A DNA stretch of 64,000 nt from positions 313,542-377,541 of the forward strand of contig JBFOMH010000017.1 in assembly GCA_040830765.1 (NCBI GenBank), in the 5' to 3' direction. Position 1 is the stretch's first letter. Each line of letters begins with the position of its first letter. The notes under the pieces were generated by a model. The model was not told where the DNA came from and searched no databases. It saw only the letters and a list, made by a program, of their open reading frames with translations. This DNA comes from Puniceicoccaceae bacterium. GTDB taxonomy: Bacteria; Verrucomicrobiota; Verrucomicrobiia; Opitutales; Oceanipulchritudinaceae. This document shows positions 37,523 through 47,859 of this stretch, one piece after another. A program made the position numbers and the translations under genes.

Positions 37523-38338
37523 TCAGCGACTAATCTTCAACCACCGCTCATGTGTGGGTGGCTCGGTAAATGTGTCGTCTGCCAATGCCCCGGCAGGCGT
37601 AATCAAGCTGAAGGAAATTTTCCTAAAGGCCTTGCCGCGGAAGCGGTAGACATAGCCTTTCTCCCACCATGTTTCCCCGACCCGGGTCAGACCCGCAGGG
37701 GCCCGGTCAATCTGAACGGTTTTCCCGCCAATACTGTAAGGCTGGCGATAATTGATAATATGAAAGGACTGGGAGTCGAAAAGCACTTCGAGTTCCAAGT
37801 CATTGGACAGCCAGCCATGCAGGACATAGACGTCCCGCTTGGCGAAGGTGTCTTTCCCGCGATAGGCAAAGACATGACCGTTCTGGTCCATGTTGGTGAA
37901 AAGGAACGGGAGCATCGCGTCCAACTCCACCAATTGCTTTTCCAGACCGGTAAGTCGTCTCGGATTCTTCCTTTCCGGGAGCGCTTCCTGACGCCAGACA
38001 TTCGGACCGTCGGTGGCGGTCAGGGTCACATAGTCATCACCCAGGTGGCGGATGGTGGACTCATGGCGGATGCGGTTCGGCGCCTGAAGCAGTATCTTCA
38101 AGCTGTATTCCTTGATATTTTCGACAAGGTCCCCCTCAACGTGGAGAATCGACAGGGCCTGCAGCTTTGCCTCGCCTCCCCGGGCCTTCAAGTGAAGGTC
38201 AATGATTCGCTTGCTGGTCTTGTCCGTGGCGGAAGGCTTGTCCCCATCCACGGAGTCGGTGTCCCCCTGGCCGGAAAGGCCGGGAACAACAAGGGTCATT
38301 GTCACAAAGAGAATCAATAAATGGGACAGCTTCAGCAT
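37523..38338 (-). CDS. Secreted hypothetical protein (possible LolA-like fold)
   Basis: Signal peptide; II..HL.A.GG...L, APNRIR and DG...W pattern. Confidence 0.6.
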   Translation of the reverse strand: MLKLSHLLILFVTMTLVVPGLSGQGDTDSVDGDKPSATDKTSKRIIDLHLKARGGEAKLQALSILHVEGDLVENIKEYSLKILLQAPNRIRHESTIRHLGDDYVTLTATDGPNVWRQEALPERKNPRRLTGLEKQLVELDAMLPFLFTNMDQNGHVFAYRGKDTFAKRDVYVLHGWLSNDLELEVLFDSQSFHIINYRQPYSIGGKTVQIDRAPAGLTRVGETWWEKGYVYRFRGKAFRKISFSLITPAGALADDTFTEPPTHERWLKISR

Positions 38339-38399
38339 GACAGGTGGCAATCTGAGGCAATCACCGACTGGATGCAAATGCTTTCCGATGGGGGAGTCC

Positions 38400-39011
38400 C
38401 TAAGCAGGTGGAAGAAGATCGGTTTCCTGTTGGAAGTACTTGAAAAGGTCGTTGATACAATCCTCGAGCAATTTGGGCTCTATGGTAGCCTCGTTGACGG
38501 GTTGCTGGAGGACTTTAAGGAGAGGATCCTGAAGATGGGGCCTTTTCCTTTGGAGCCACTGGGCCTTGACCGGATATCCTTCCAGTTTGGCGAACAAATA
38601 GAGGGCCTTGAACAAGGTGACTTGAGGCTGACGCTGGACGGCAAAACTTTCCAGGGACTTGAGAAGCAATTCCCAGGCACCATTGAAGTGCTCCATATGA
38701 ATCAGGTTTTTTTCGTAAAACCGGGTTAATTGTGCCGCCGAAGCGAATGCCTGGTATTGCCGCGCTATTCCGGGGAAACGCGAAAGGGGAGTATACTCCA
38801 TGAGGAAGGCCGGTTTGGAGTCATCCTTCTGTTGCAGGTAGACCTCGCCCGTTTCAAAGAGATCGGGCAGGGCGCTGCCTGCCTGCGGCTTGGCCCGCCG
38901 CCGGGCGAGGACGTACCGGAGTCCGGACTCCCGGAGGAAAAAGACCAGCAGCGTATGGCTCTCCCCGGAATCCGCCTTGCGCAACAGGCACCCCTCTTCA
39001 GTCAGGTACAC
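38400..39011 (-). CDS. Divergent RecO-like DNA repair protein
   Basis: G.LLRK..SGE....L.FF....G OB-fold start, D.F, EGY; position downstream of phoH-ybeY; GTG start inferred. Confidence 0.6.
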   Translation of the reverse strand: MYLTEEGCLLRKADSGESHTLLVFFLRESGLRYVLARRRAKPQAGSALPDLFETGEVYLQQKDDSKPAFLMEYTPLSRFPGIARQYQAFASAAQLTRFYEKNLIHMEHFNGAWELLLKSLESFAVQRQPQVTLFKALYLFAKLEGYPVKAQWLQRKRPHLQDPLLKVLQQPVNEATIEPKLLEDCINDLFKYFQQETDLLPPA

Positions 39012-39013
39012 AG

Positions 39014-39703
39014 CTAACCTTGAGCCTTGTCCGCGGTGTCCGCGGGCGGGAGTTTCTCCGGAGCGGCTGATCCCTCGACCCCCTTTTGCCACGGTGGCAC
39101 CACTGCGCCCCCGGAAATGATCACCTTCATGGCATCCGGGATCGACATGTCCAGTTCCACCACTTCCTCCCTGGGGACCATGAGTAGGAATCCGCTGGTC
39201 GGGTTGGGAGTAGTCGGCACGAAAATGTTAATCAGGTCAGCATCTGTCCGGTGCTGGATTTCACCTTTCCCTCTTCCGGTAAGGAATCCGAGCACCCAGA
39301 CCCCCTTGCGCGGATATTCGAGAAGGACCGCCTTCTGGAAGACGGCCTTCTCCTGCTGGACAAAGGTGTCCCGGATCTGCTTGACGGTATTGTAGACGCT
39401 GCGAACAACCGGAACTGTATCGACGATGCGCTCGAACAAGTTGACCAGGGCGCGTCCGATGAGGCGTTTTGACAACCAGCCCAGCAGAGTAATGAACACT
39501 ACTACAATCAGGACCGCGGCGATGTAGAGAGCATACTCCACCCAGATGTTGTTGGACTGGTCGCGGGGTATGAAGAAGAAGAATACCTGGCGCGTTGGAA
39601 CGCCGATCTTTTGTATCAGGAAGTTGACGACAAAGATGGTGACACCGACGGGTGCGAGGAGGAGGAGACCTGATACGAATGCATTGCGGAGATTGCGTAG
39701 CAT
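39014..39703 (-). CDS. DUF502 domain protein
   Basis: P.VRSVY...KQ, EYPRKG, FVPTTPNPTSGF, IISGG. Confidence 0.9.
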   Translation of the reverse strand: MLRNLRNAFVSGLLLLAPVGVTIFVVNFLIQKIGVPTRQVFFFFIPRDQSNNIWVEYALYIAAVLIVVVFITLLGWLSKRLIGRALVNLFERIVDTVPVVRSVYNTVKQIRDTFVQQEKAVFQKAVLLEYPRKGVWVLGFLTGRGKGEIQHRTDADLINIFVPTTPNPTSGFLLMVPREEVVELDMSIPDAMKVIISGGAVVPPWQKGVEGSAAPEKLPPADTADKAQG

Positions 39704-39759
39704 GATGGGTGTAGTTTATGGCCTCGCTCGTTCCGGGAGGCAAGATTAAGTGAAGCTGC

Positions 39760-40221
39760 TCAGGCCTTCCAGGTGGCCTTCAGGAGTGTTCCTGTTTTCC
39801 GGAGCTGCTCCAGCATTTGGGCCTCTGCCCGTCGCATTGTCTTGCGCTGGTCCTCCTCACCGTCTTTGAGCCCTGCCAGGTGAAGCCATGCATGAACCAG
39901 GTAAAGCGTCAGTTCTTCCTCGAATGGCAAATTCTCACGAGTGGCCGAAGCGGCAGCGATAGATGGGCAAATGGCGATGTCGCCCGCGTGCTGGTCCGCA
40001 GGGTCACCCGGAAAGGTCATGACATCCGTGGGATCCGGATCATCAAAGAAATCCCGGTGCAACTGGCCCGACTCCTCCGGAGTGACAAAGGCGACGTCAA
40101 TGGAGCCCGGCGCCACGAGGTACTGTTCAAAGCAGTCCAGTTCGAGGAGGCAGTTTTCGACCGATTCCGCTGCGATTTGCAGCCGGCTGTCCCCGACCAC
40201 CAATCCAATGCTGCGCATCAT
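39760..40221 (-). CDS. ybeY: rRNA maturation endoribonuclease YbeY
   Basis: PTDVMTF, GDIAI, HAWLHLAG.KD. Confidence 0.88.
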   Translation of the reverse strand: MMRSIGLVVGDSRLQIAAESVENCLLELDCFEQYLVAPGSIDVAFVTPEESGQLHRDFFDDPDPTDVMTFPGDPADQHAGDIAICPSIAAASATRENLPFEEELTLYLVHAWLHLAGLKDGEEDQRKTMRRAEAQMLEQLRKTGTLLKATWKA

Positions 40222-42644
40222 TGCTTGTTCTCGGAAGCCGTTTCCTTCTTCCCGCCGTTGCCATTTTTATTCCGGCCATTGCCACCGTTTTTCTCCGGCT
40301 TGCCCTGGGGATATTCAATCCGGGCATGGAGCATGTTGAGGAGGGTAAACCCGAAGCTCTCCTTGACCTTCTGGAGCTGGCTCAGGGTCAGCGGGGTGGC
40401 GTCCAGTTGACCGTCCTGCATCCGTGCCATGACAATCTTGTCGACCAGATCGCTGATGCTCTGCGGGGTGGCCTTCTTGAGGCTGCGACTGGCGGCCTCG
40501 ACACAGTCGGCCAGCATGATCAAGGCGCTTTCCGTGAATTGCGGAATGGGACCCTCGTAGCGATAGGTATCCTCATTGACATCATTGAGCTCAATCTTGG
40601 GAGCATTGGGGTAAATGGATTCGATGACGCCCTCATCCCGTTGTTTTTCGAGTGCCTTGTAATAGAAATACTGGATCAGGGAGGTCCCATGGTGCTGCTT
40701 GATGACATCGATGATGATGCGCGGCAAGCGGTGTTCCCGGGCCATTTGCACGCCTTCCTTGACATGGCTCTTGATGACCAGGGCGCTCATGGAAGGATTT
40801 CTTTCGAAGTGCGGATTTTCCCCGGCCCTTTGATTTTCCACGAAATAATCCGGCTTGGTCATTTTGCCAATGTCATGGAAGAGCGAACAGACACGGCAGA
40901 TCAGCGGATTCGCTCCAATGACTGCGGCGGCATTTTCGGAGAGGTTGGCCACCATCAGGCTATGATGGTAGGAGCCCGGTGCTTCAATCTGCATTTTCCG
41001 CAAGAGCGGGTGGTTATAATCTGTCAGCTCGAGCAGGGTGATATCGGTGGTATACTTGAAAACCTGTTCCAGGACGGGAAGCAGGCCGACAATGAGCATA
41101 CCGGAAATCACACCCGTGCCGAGGCAGGTCAGGACCTGGAACAAGACGGTTGTCAGGGCAAGGCTGTCCCGGATGGCAAAGAGCAGGGCGCCGATGGCCA
41201 TTAATCCGCCTGCGATAAGACCGGCCCGGACCAGGGAGGCCCGCAACTGGATGTTCCGGCAATAGGAAATGGCGACGAGGCAGACCAGTTGGGAGAGCAG
41301 GAAGACTGAGAGGGAATTGCCTTGCATCATGGCGTTGAAGGCACTGACGAGGATCGCCGAAAGGATGCCAGGACCCGTTCCGACCAGAATCGTTATGACC
41401 ATCGGGCCGAGAATTACCGGAACCAGGTAAGGTATCAGGTTAATGAAGACCGGCGTGGATTCCACGATGACGCTGTCACCGAGCTCAATAACAAGACGAA
41501 TGAGGACAATATTGGAAAGGATTATGGCTCCCGAGAGGCTGAAAATGCGGTAATCCCGCTGCATGGCATGACGGGAACTGCGCAGGAAGAAGACCGCACC
41601 GAGGACCAGGATCAATGTCAGCATGGCCCGTTCCAGGAAGAGTGAGTTAATTCCGAATTCCTTCGACTCTGAAGCTTTCAATTTCTCCCTGTAGGCTTCT
41701 AATTGCTCGTACTGCAAGGCGGTGACCCTCGAGTTAGGCTCGATGATGGTTTCCCCTTCCTGAACCTCAATGACGGTAGGTTCGACTGAATCCTGGGCCT
41801 TGGCTACCTGGTCATTGGTGCGCGTGGCGTCAAAGACAAGATTCGGGATCAGGGCCGCCCGGAGAATACGGAAGAGGGCGACCGTGCTTTCCCGTGGAAT
41901 ATCGAGGGCGGTCAACTGGATGCGCAGGGTGCGGAGGCCTTCCTCCTCAGAAAGGATTTGCACATCCTGGACATTCCCCTGTTCATCCTCGACGCTAAAC
42001 AAGGTCAGCCGCTGACCGGAACTGAGGTTGAAGGCATTGTCCTCCTGGTAGACACCCTTTTGGAATATTTCCCCGATAATGATCAGGCCCTCGTCAGCGA
42101 CCGCTTGGCAGCGCTCAATCCCCAGTTGATTGAACAGGGTGGCGATGTCGGAAGGGCGCAAGTTATAGGGATTGCCCGGGGCATACTGGCGCAGGAATTC
42201 CTGAATTTCGGATTCCTCCAGTCGGGCCAGCTCTTCGGGGGTGTTTTCCGGGACTTCGGCAAAGCTGCCGATATCCAACACCAGTTGTTCCAGATAGGTC
42301 CGGAATGACCGGTAGGGTTCCATGTCCAGGCGAAAGACCGGTGGGACCCGCTGCTGAACGGCTTCCAGTTGGCGATCCGTTTCAATCTGGCTGACATAAC
42401 TGAAGGGGATTTCAGCCGTGATGCGTATCCGGGAGACCTGGTCCTTTTGCACCAGGGGACTGGCGGCGGACAAGCCGAAAAAGGCGAAGAGGGTGGCTGC
42501 TGCCCCAAATCCGAGGAAGAGGAAAGACCGGATAAAGGCATCCCTCGTCAAGGCTTCCTTGACAGCAGAGCCTCTCTGGGTTCCTCGGCGCCTTTGCCGA
42601 TCCGCCTCGGCCTTTTGCTTTTTGGACTTTCTGAGGAGATTCAT
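40218..42644 (-). CDS. 7TM-HD phosphohydrolase (PgpH/YqfF-like)
   Basis: Extracytoplasmic domain, about 7 TMs, APGSYHHS, HDIGK, HHGT, YRY.GP.P, LAD..EAA. Confidence 0.88.
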   Translation of the reverse strand: MNLLRKSKKQKAEADRQRRRGTQRGSAVKEALTRDAFIRSFLFLGFGAAATLFAFFGLSAASPLVQKDQVSRIRITAEIPFSYVSQIETDRQLEAVQQRVPPVFRLDMEPYRSFRTYLEQLVLDIGSFAEVPENTPEELARLEESEIQEFLRQYAPGNPYNLRPSDIATLFNQLGIERCQAVADEGLIIIGEIFQKGVYQEDNAFNLSSGQRLTLFSVEDEQGNVQDVQILSEEEGLRTLRIQLTALDIPRESTVALFRILRAALIPNLVFDATRTNDQVAKAQDSVEPTVIEVQEGETIIEPNSRVTALQYEQLEAYREKLKASESKEFGINSLFLERAMLTLILVLGAVFFLRSSRHAMQRDYRIFSLSGAIILSNIVLIRLVIELGDSVIVESTPVFINLIPYLVPVILGPMVITILVGTGPGILSAILVSAFNAMMQGNSLSVFLLSQLVCLVAISYCRNIQLRASLVRAGLIAGGLMAIGALLFAIRDSLALTTVLFQVLTCLGTGVISGMLIVGLLPVLEQVFKYTTDITLLELTDYNHPLLRKMQIEAPGSYHHSLMVANLSENAAAVIGANPLICRVCSLFHDIGKMTKPDYFVENQRAGENPHFERNPSMSALVIKSHVKEGVQMAREHRLPRIIIDVIKQHHGTSLIQYFYYKALEKQRDEGVIESIYPNAPKIELNDVNEDTYRYEGPIPQFTESALIMLADCVEAASRSLKKATPQSISDLVDKIVMARMQDGQLDATPLTLSQLQKVKESFGFTLLNMLHARIEYPQGKPEKNGGNGRNKNGNGGKKETASENKQ

Positions 42645-42681
42645 ATGATGGTGTTACCGGTCACGAAGCGTCTTGTTCCGA

Positions 42682-43698
42682 TCAGTCCGGGCTTACTTCG
42701 CGTGGCTGGTGAGCGCCTGTCTTTGCTTCGTAACGGGCATAGGCATCAATGATTTGCTGCACGATTGGATTCCGCACAACATCCTTACCTTCGAAGTAAT
42801 GGAACGCTACCTCAGGGATGTTGACAAGGACCTTTTCGGCTTCCTTGAGTCCCGAGTACTTGTGTCGCGGCAGGTCGATCTGGGTCTTGTCCCCGGTGAT
42901 CACCATGCGGGAACCGTCGCCGAGGCGGGTCAGGAACATCATCATTTGCTCAGGCGTTGTATTTTGGGCCTCGTCAAGGATGACAAATGCATTGGCCAGG
43001 GTCCGGCCCCTCATGTAGGCCAGGGGAGCGATCTCGATGCGGGTGTTCCGTTCCTCCTTGCGGTCGCCATCAAGACCGATCAGGCGGCGTCCCTCAACCC
43101 GGCCGACCATGTCGTAAATGGCATCATAGAGCGGAAGAAGGTAGGGCTGGATCTTTTCCGTCAAATCGCCGGGGAGAAATCCCAGGGCCTCCCCGGCCTC
43201 CACGGCGGGACGGGTGAGGATGACGCGTTCCACCTTTTCCTCCATGAGGGCGCGGAGGGCGGCTGCCACGGCAAGGTAGGTTTTGCCGGTACCGGCCGGG
43301 CCGATACCGAAGACGACGTCGCGTTGTTCGATGGATTGCAGGTAACGCTTCTGGTTGAGGGATTTGGGGACGACGCTTTTCGCCCGCAGCTCAATCTTAA
43401 TCGGATTGTTGAAAAGCTCCTTCATTTCGTCGAGGCCGTCGGCCTCAACCAGTTCCAGCATGTTGCTGAAATCGCTGTTGGTGATGCGCATGCCCTGGCG
43501 CTTGGCTTTCTCCAGAAGCTGGAAGAAGGTCTTGGCGCGTCCGACAACGCCGTTTTCCCCTGAGATCTTGAGCCAGTCATCACGGGAGACGATCTGTGCC
43601 TGCAGGGCTTTTTCAGCCTTGGCCAGATTGCTTTCCTTTCCGCAATAGAGCTCCGAGAGAAACCGGGGGCTTTGGAAGAAGATGGTTTCTTCAGTCAT
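42682..43698 (-). CDS. phoH: PhoH-like ATPase
   Basis: GPAGTGKT, RPAVEAGE.LGFLPG, YMRGRTL, DEAQN, GD..QIDL. Confidence 0.92.
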   Translation of the reverse strand: MTEETIFFQSPRFLSELYCGKESNLAKAEKALQAQIVSRDDWLKISGENGVVGRAKTFFQLLEKAKRQGMRITNSDFSNMLELVEADGLDEMKELFNNPIKIELRAKSVVPKSLNQKRYLQSIEQRDVVFGIGPAGTGKTYLAVAAALRALMEEKVERVILTRPAVEAGEALGFLPGDLTEKIQPYLLPLYDAIYDMVGRVEGRRLIGLDGDRKEERNTRIEIAPLAYMRGRTLANAFVILDEAQNTTPEQMMMFLTRLGDGSRMVITGDKTQIDLPRHKYSGLKEAEKVLVNIPEVAFHYFEGKDVVRNPIVQQIIDAYARYEAKTGAHQPREVSPD

Positions 43699-44185
43699 TC
43701 GATAAAGTGTTGCGCAGGACCTCCCAGGTCTGGTCAAGGGCCTGAGGGAGGGTCCGGGTTTGCCCGATAACGGGCAGGAAATTGGAATCCCCGTTCCAGC
43801 GGGGCACGACATGGCAATGGAGGTGGCTTGGTATGCCGGCCCCACTGGTCCGGCCCATGTTGTAGCCTATATTGAAGCCGTCCGGATTGAGGGCTTCCTT
43901 GAGCATTGCCTGGCTGAAGACGATCATGTCCATCATTTCCAGTCGTTCCTCGGGGCTGAGGTCCTCCAGTTCAGCGACCTCGCGGAATGGCACGACCAGC
44001 AGGTGCCCGGGATTATAGGGAAACCGGTTCAACAGAAGGTAATGGTGTTCGGCACGGTGGACAATGAGGGCTTTGCGGTCGTCGCCCAGTTCAGGCAATT
44101 CCTTGAACGGGCTTTCAATTCCAGCCACCGGATCCTTCGCGGAGGTGACATAGTCCATGCGCCAGTATGCGTGTAAAATATCCAT
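43691..44185 (-). CDS. HIT family hydrolase (Ap4A phosphorylase-like)
   Basis: AYWR..Y, LNRFPYNPGH, HLHCHVVPRW. Confidence 0.9.
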   Translation of the reverse strand: MDILHAYWRMDYVTSAKDPVAGIESPFKELPELGDDRKALIVHRAEHHYLLLNRFPYNPGHLLVVPFREVAELEDLSPEERLEMMDMIVFSQAMLKEALNPDGFNIGYNMGRTSGAGIPSHLHCHVVPRWNGDSNFLPVIGQTRTLPQALDQTWEVLRNTLSND

Positions 44186-44323
44186 CCGGATGAGAATACT
44201 ATCCTTCTCCCAAGGATGTTCCGTGCCCTTGGGGTGTAAAGCATGGAATTTCCCCCATTTGGGTTGAGTTTACCAGTCCCGGATTGTAAATTTGTAGCCT
44301 AAGCAAATGGAAAAGGAGAGAAA

Positions 44324-44980
44324 ATGAAAAAGGTAGGTGTTATTTTATCGGGCTGTGGTGTGTTTGACGGGGCTGAGATCCACGAATCGGTACTGACCCT
44401 GCTGGCTTTGGAAAAGGCCGGCGTGGAGGCGGTTTGTATGGCCCCGGACAAGGAGCAACTGCATGTTATCAACCACCTGACGGGTGAGGAAATGAAGGAG
44501 AGCCGCAATGTTCTCGTTGAATCCGCGCGGATCGCCAGGGGGCAGGTCGAGGATCTGGCCAAAGTGGATCCCGCTAACCTGGATGCCCTGGTTTTGCCGG
44601 GTGGCTTTGGGGCGGCCAAGAACCTGAGCCGTTTTGCCGTCGATGGACCCGAGGGGGAAGTGGACGCGGATGTTCGCCGTCTCGTCGAGGCCATGTTTGC
44701 GGCCGACAAACCGATTGGATTTGTCTGTATTTCGCCGGCTGTAGGCGCGCAAATTCTTGGCCGGACCGGTCTGGAGGTGACCATCGGCAACGATGCCGGA
44801 ACGGCAGAAGCGATCGAGTCCTGTGGGGCCCGGCACATCGTATGCGGGGTAACGGAGGCACATGCCGACGGGGAACGCAAGGTGGTGTCCACGCCAGCCT
44901 ACATGCTCGGACAAAATGTCCTCGAGGTGAGTAAAGGTATTGAAAAGCTAGTCCAAACTCTGGTTGAGTGGATGGACTAA
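44324..44980 (+). CDS. elbB: Glyoxalase ElbB (DJ-1/PfpI family)
   Basis: LSGCGVFDGAEIHE, ESARIARG, PGGFGAAKNL, CISP, TPAYM. Confidence 0.93.
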   Translation: MKKVGVILSGCGVFDGAEIHESVLTLLALEKAGVEAVCMAPDKEQLHVINHLTGEEMKESRNVLVESARIARGQVEDLAKVDPANLDALVLPGGFGAAKNLSRFAVDGPEGEVDADVRRLVEAMFAADKPIGFVCISPAVGAQILGRTGLEVTIGNDAGTAEAIESCGARHIVCGVTEAHADGERKVVSTPAYMLGQNVLEVSKGIEKLVQTLVEWMD

Positions 44981-45435
44981 TGTCATCCCTTTGTAGAAAG
45001 CTGCCTTTCCGACTCACCTGTCTCGCCCTGTTATTGCTTCCGGTGGGCCCCATGGGAATGCACGGGCAGATGGTACCGGATGCGCCGATCCAGCATTTCC
45101 GCCTGCCCATGTTTGGGGAGAACGGCTACAAGAAGTGGGAACTGCGTGGGCTCAAGGGACATTACCAGAGCGAGGAGGCTGCTCTTGTGGAAGGATTGGA
45201 ATTGCTCGTGTTTTCCGGTGATGAGGATCTTTGGGTGGAAAACCGTATTCGCAGTCCCAGAGCCCTGATCAACTTGCAGGCCTCGACCGCGGAAGGGGAC
45301 TCGTCCCTGTTCGTTATCGGGCCCGGCTACGAAATCCAAGGCCGGGACTGGACGTGGGATGGCAAGGCAAGAAAAATTGTTGTCAGGGATGCCGTTCGCG
45401 TATCCTTTGCAGGTTCCCTGGACATACTTGATTAA
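44980..45435 (+). CDS. LptC-like LPS transport protein
   Basis: N-terminal hydrophobic segment and beta-rich body; upstream of lptA-like and lptB; ATG overlaps the elbB stop. Confidence 0.6.
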   Translation: MSSLCRKLPFRLTCLALLLLPVGPMGMHGQMVPDAPIQHFRLPMFGENGYKKWELRGLKGHYQSEEAALVEGLELLVFSGDEDLWVENRIRSPRALINLQASTAEGDSSLFVIGPGYEIQGRDWTWDGKARKIVVRDAVRVSFAGSLDILD

Positions 45436-45437
45436 CG

Positions 45438-46085
45438 ATGAGCTCCAATTTTCGAAAAGTTTATTTATCCATTTTCCTGGTCATGCTGGTCCTTGCCGGG
45501 GCCATTTCCCTTTCCGCCCAGCAAGAGGGAGTAAAAAACACGGTCATCACGAGCCAGAACCTGGAGATGCAGGGAACGGCGGATAAGAACTTCTTTTACT
45601 TCAGCGGTGATGTCGAGGTCAGGGGAACCAACCTCGAGATCAACTGTGAGGAACTGACGGTGGTCTCCCTTCGGGAAGGACCTGAAGGGGCTACGGTTGG
45701 CAGCATCGGGGCCATCGAGGAAATTATCGCCAGCGGTTCTGTGGAGATCCATCAGGCCGGACGGAGTGCCTTTGCAGGGCTTGCCGAAGTTAATCCGCAA
45801 TCCGGCACGGTTGTGTTGTCCGAACAACCGAGGATTGTCGATGATGAGGTCGAGGTGACCGGCTACCAGTTTGTCCTGCACAAGGGTGAGAAGAAATTCA
45901 CCTCCGTTCCCGATCCCAATGCCCCGGCCGAGGAACCCAGTCGTTCCGTCGTCCGCCTTGGAGCACTGCCGGATCTCGGCTTTGACCAGGATGAGGAGTC
46001 CATTTCGGTTGATGATGCCATCGAGGAATCGACAGTCCCTGATTCTGATATCACGGAAGGAGGCCCGGATGTCCCAAGCCCCTGA
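45438..46085 (+). CDS. lptA: LptA/OstA family protein
   Basis: Signal peptide, T.ITS..L, FSGDV.V, A.GSV.I.Q. Confidence 0.75.
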   Translation: MSSNFRKVYLSIFLVMLVLAGAISLSAQQEGVKNTVITSQNLEMQGTADKNFFYFSGDVEVRGTNLEINCEELTVVSLREGPEGATVGSIGAIEEIIASGSVEIHQAGRSAFAGLAEVNPQSGTVVLSEQPRIVDDEVEVTGYQFVLHKGEKKFTSVPDPNAPAEEPSRSVVRLGALPDLGFDQDEESISVDDAIEESTVPDSDITEGGPDVPSP

Positions 46086-46815
46086 TGACGAACGGCACTT
46101 CATCGCGACCGAGGGATTGGTCAAGCGATATGGCAAACGGGAGGTGGTTCGTGGAGTCGATCTGAAGGTGTTTGCCGGCGAGATTGTCGGTCTGCTGGGA
46201 CCCAACGGAGCCGGAAAGACCACTTCCTTCTACATAATCGTTGGACTCATTCCGGCAACCAAGGGAAGGGTCTTTATCAATGGACAATCGGTCACCCGCC
46301 TGCCGATGTACCGTCGGGCCCGCTTGGGAATTGGATACCTGCCGCAGGAACCCTCGGTCTTCCGCAAACTCAGTGTCCGCAACAACTTGGCCAGTATTGC
46401 TGAATCACTCCCACTTTCACGGCAGCAACGGAAGACAAGGGTTAATGAACTTCTGGACGAGCTTGGCCTCGCCGCCATATCCACTCAACCGGCCTACACC
46501 CTCAGCGGTGGGGAACGCCGTCGCCTTGAGATAGCCCGGGCGTTGCTGACAGAACCCCGATTCCTCCTCATGGACGAACCCTTCAGTGGTGTCGACCCGA
46601 TCAGTGTCAGCGAGGTGCAGAAGATCGTCCTGGCCCTCAAGGAAAAGGGTATTGGCGTTTTAATTACCGATCACAACGTCCGGGAAACCCTGCGGATCGT
46701 CGATCGGGCCTACCTCCTGCACGATGGAAAAGTGCTGGCCGAGGGTAACAGCGAGAGCCTGATTCAGGACAGCAACAGCCGGCGATTTTATCTTGGCGAG
46801 GATTTTGCGCTTTAA
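46069..46815 (+). CDS. lptB: LPS export ABC transporter ATP-binding protein
   Basis: GPNGAGKTT, YLPQE.SVF, LSGGERRRLE, DEPF, TDHNVRETL, YLGE. Confidence 0.95.
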   Translation: MSQAPDDERHFIATEGLVKRYGKREVVRGVDLKVFAGEIVGLLGPNGAGKTTSFYIIVGLIPATKGRVFINGQSVTRLPMYRRARLGIGYLPQEPSVFRKLSVRNNLASIAESLPLSRQQRKTRVNELLDELGLAAISTQPAYTLSGGERRRLEIARALLTEPRFLLMDEPFSGVDPISVSEVQKIVLALKEKGIGVLITDHNVRETLRIVDRAYLLHDGKVLAEGNSESLIQDSNSRRFYLGEDFAL

Positions 46816-46848
46816 ACCGGGCTTTGTTTGTCCCATGATGGCTCGCCT

Positions 46849-47814
46849 ATGCCCCTGAAAGCACATCCAAAGCTTGTCGAAAATATTTCGGTCCAGAAAC
46901 TTCTGGATGCATCGGAGGGGGAGCTGCACCTGATCCTTGTGGGAGGTGAGAAAGGTTTGAGCCGCTTGATTCGCGACAAGTCGATCAATCGCCCAGCCCT
47001 TGCCCTGACGGGATATTTCAAGAATTTCGGGGCCAAGCGGATCCAGCTTTTCGGCGCCGGTGAAATGTCCTACATGCGTGAGCTTCCGGAAAAGCGGCAG
47101 GTTGAGGTCATGAAGAAAATGACGGACAAGCACATTCCCTGCATCGTCGTTTCCCGGAACCTCCTTCCCACTCCGGCCATGGAGATGATAGCCGAGGAAA
47201 GCGGGACGCCTCTGTTCCGCACCAACCTGACGACGAAGGACTTCTCAGCCCAGGTCATGCTGCTGCTGGAGGAGCTTTATGCCCCCAAGGTGGCTGAACA
47301 TGGAACCCTCATGGATGTAAAGGGGATTGGAACCCTCATCCGGGGTGCCAGCGGGGTTGGCAAAAGTGAATGTGCCTTGGCGCTTATTGAGCGGGGCCAC
47401 AGCCTCGTTGCCGATGACCTCGTTTACATCACCTTGCACAGTGAGCGCCACCTCGTCGGACGCAGCAGCGATCTGAATCGTGGTTACATGGAATGCCGCG
47501 GGCTGGGCATCGTCAATATCAGCGAGTTGTTCGGCATCCGCTCTGTTCGCCTGGAGAAGGAGATCAATCTGGTCATTACCTTTGAGGAATGGAAGCACGG
47601 GATGGATGAGGAACGTACCGGGCTGGAGCATGACATCTATGAGATACTCGGCATCCGGGTCCCCCATATCATCCTTCCGGTCCGTCCAGGAAGGGACCTT
47701 GCCCGTCTGGTTGAGGTTGCAGCCATGGTGGAAGCCCTGAAGCAGATAGGTCACGATTCAGCCAAGGAGTTCAATGACCGCTTGATCGCCTTCATGGCAG
47801 GAGGTGACCAATGA
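46849..47814 (+). CDS. hprK: HPr kinase/phosphorylase
   Basis: [29 protein letters not shown]. Confidence 0.93.
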   Translation: MPLKAHPKLVENISVQKLLDASEGELHLILVGGEKGLSRLIRDKSINRPALALTGYFKNFGAKRIQLFGAGEMSYMRELPEKRQVEVMKKMTDKHIPCIVVSRNLLPTPAMEMIAEESGTPLFRTNLTTKDFSAQVMLLLEELYAPKVAEHGTLMDVKGIGTLIRGASGVGKSECALALIERGHSLVADDLVYITLHSERHLVGRSSDLNRGYMECRGLGIVNISELFGIRSVRLEKEINLVITFEEWKHGMDEERTGLEHDIYEILGIRVPHIILPVRPGRDLARLVEVAAMVEALKQIGHDSAKEFNDRLIAFMAGGDQ

Positions 47815-47859
47815 GGATATCCCCCGATCTCCGCTTCTTTAGCGACGGGACAGGTCGTC

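Noticed and set aside
39860..39900. YbeY third His replaced by Asp as inactivation
   Set aside because: H-x3-H-x5-D is a variant seen in YbeY of other phyla; not evidence of a pseudogene
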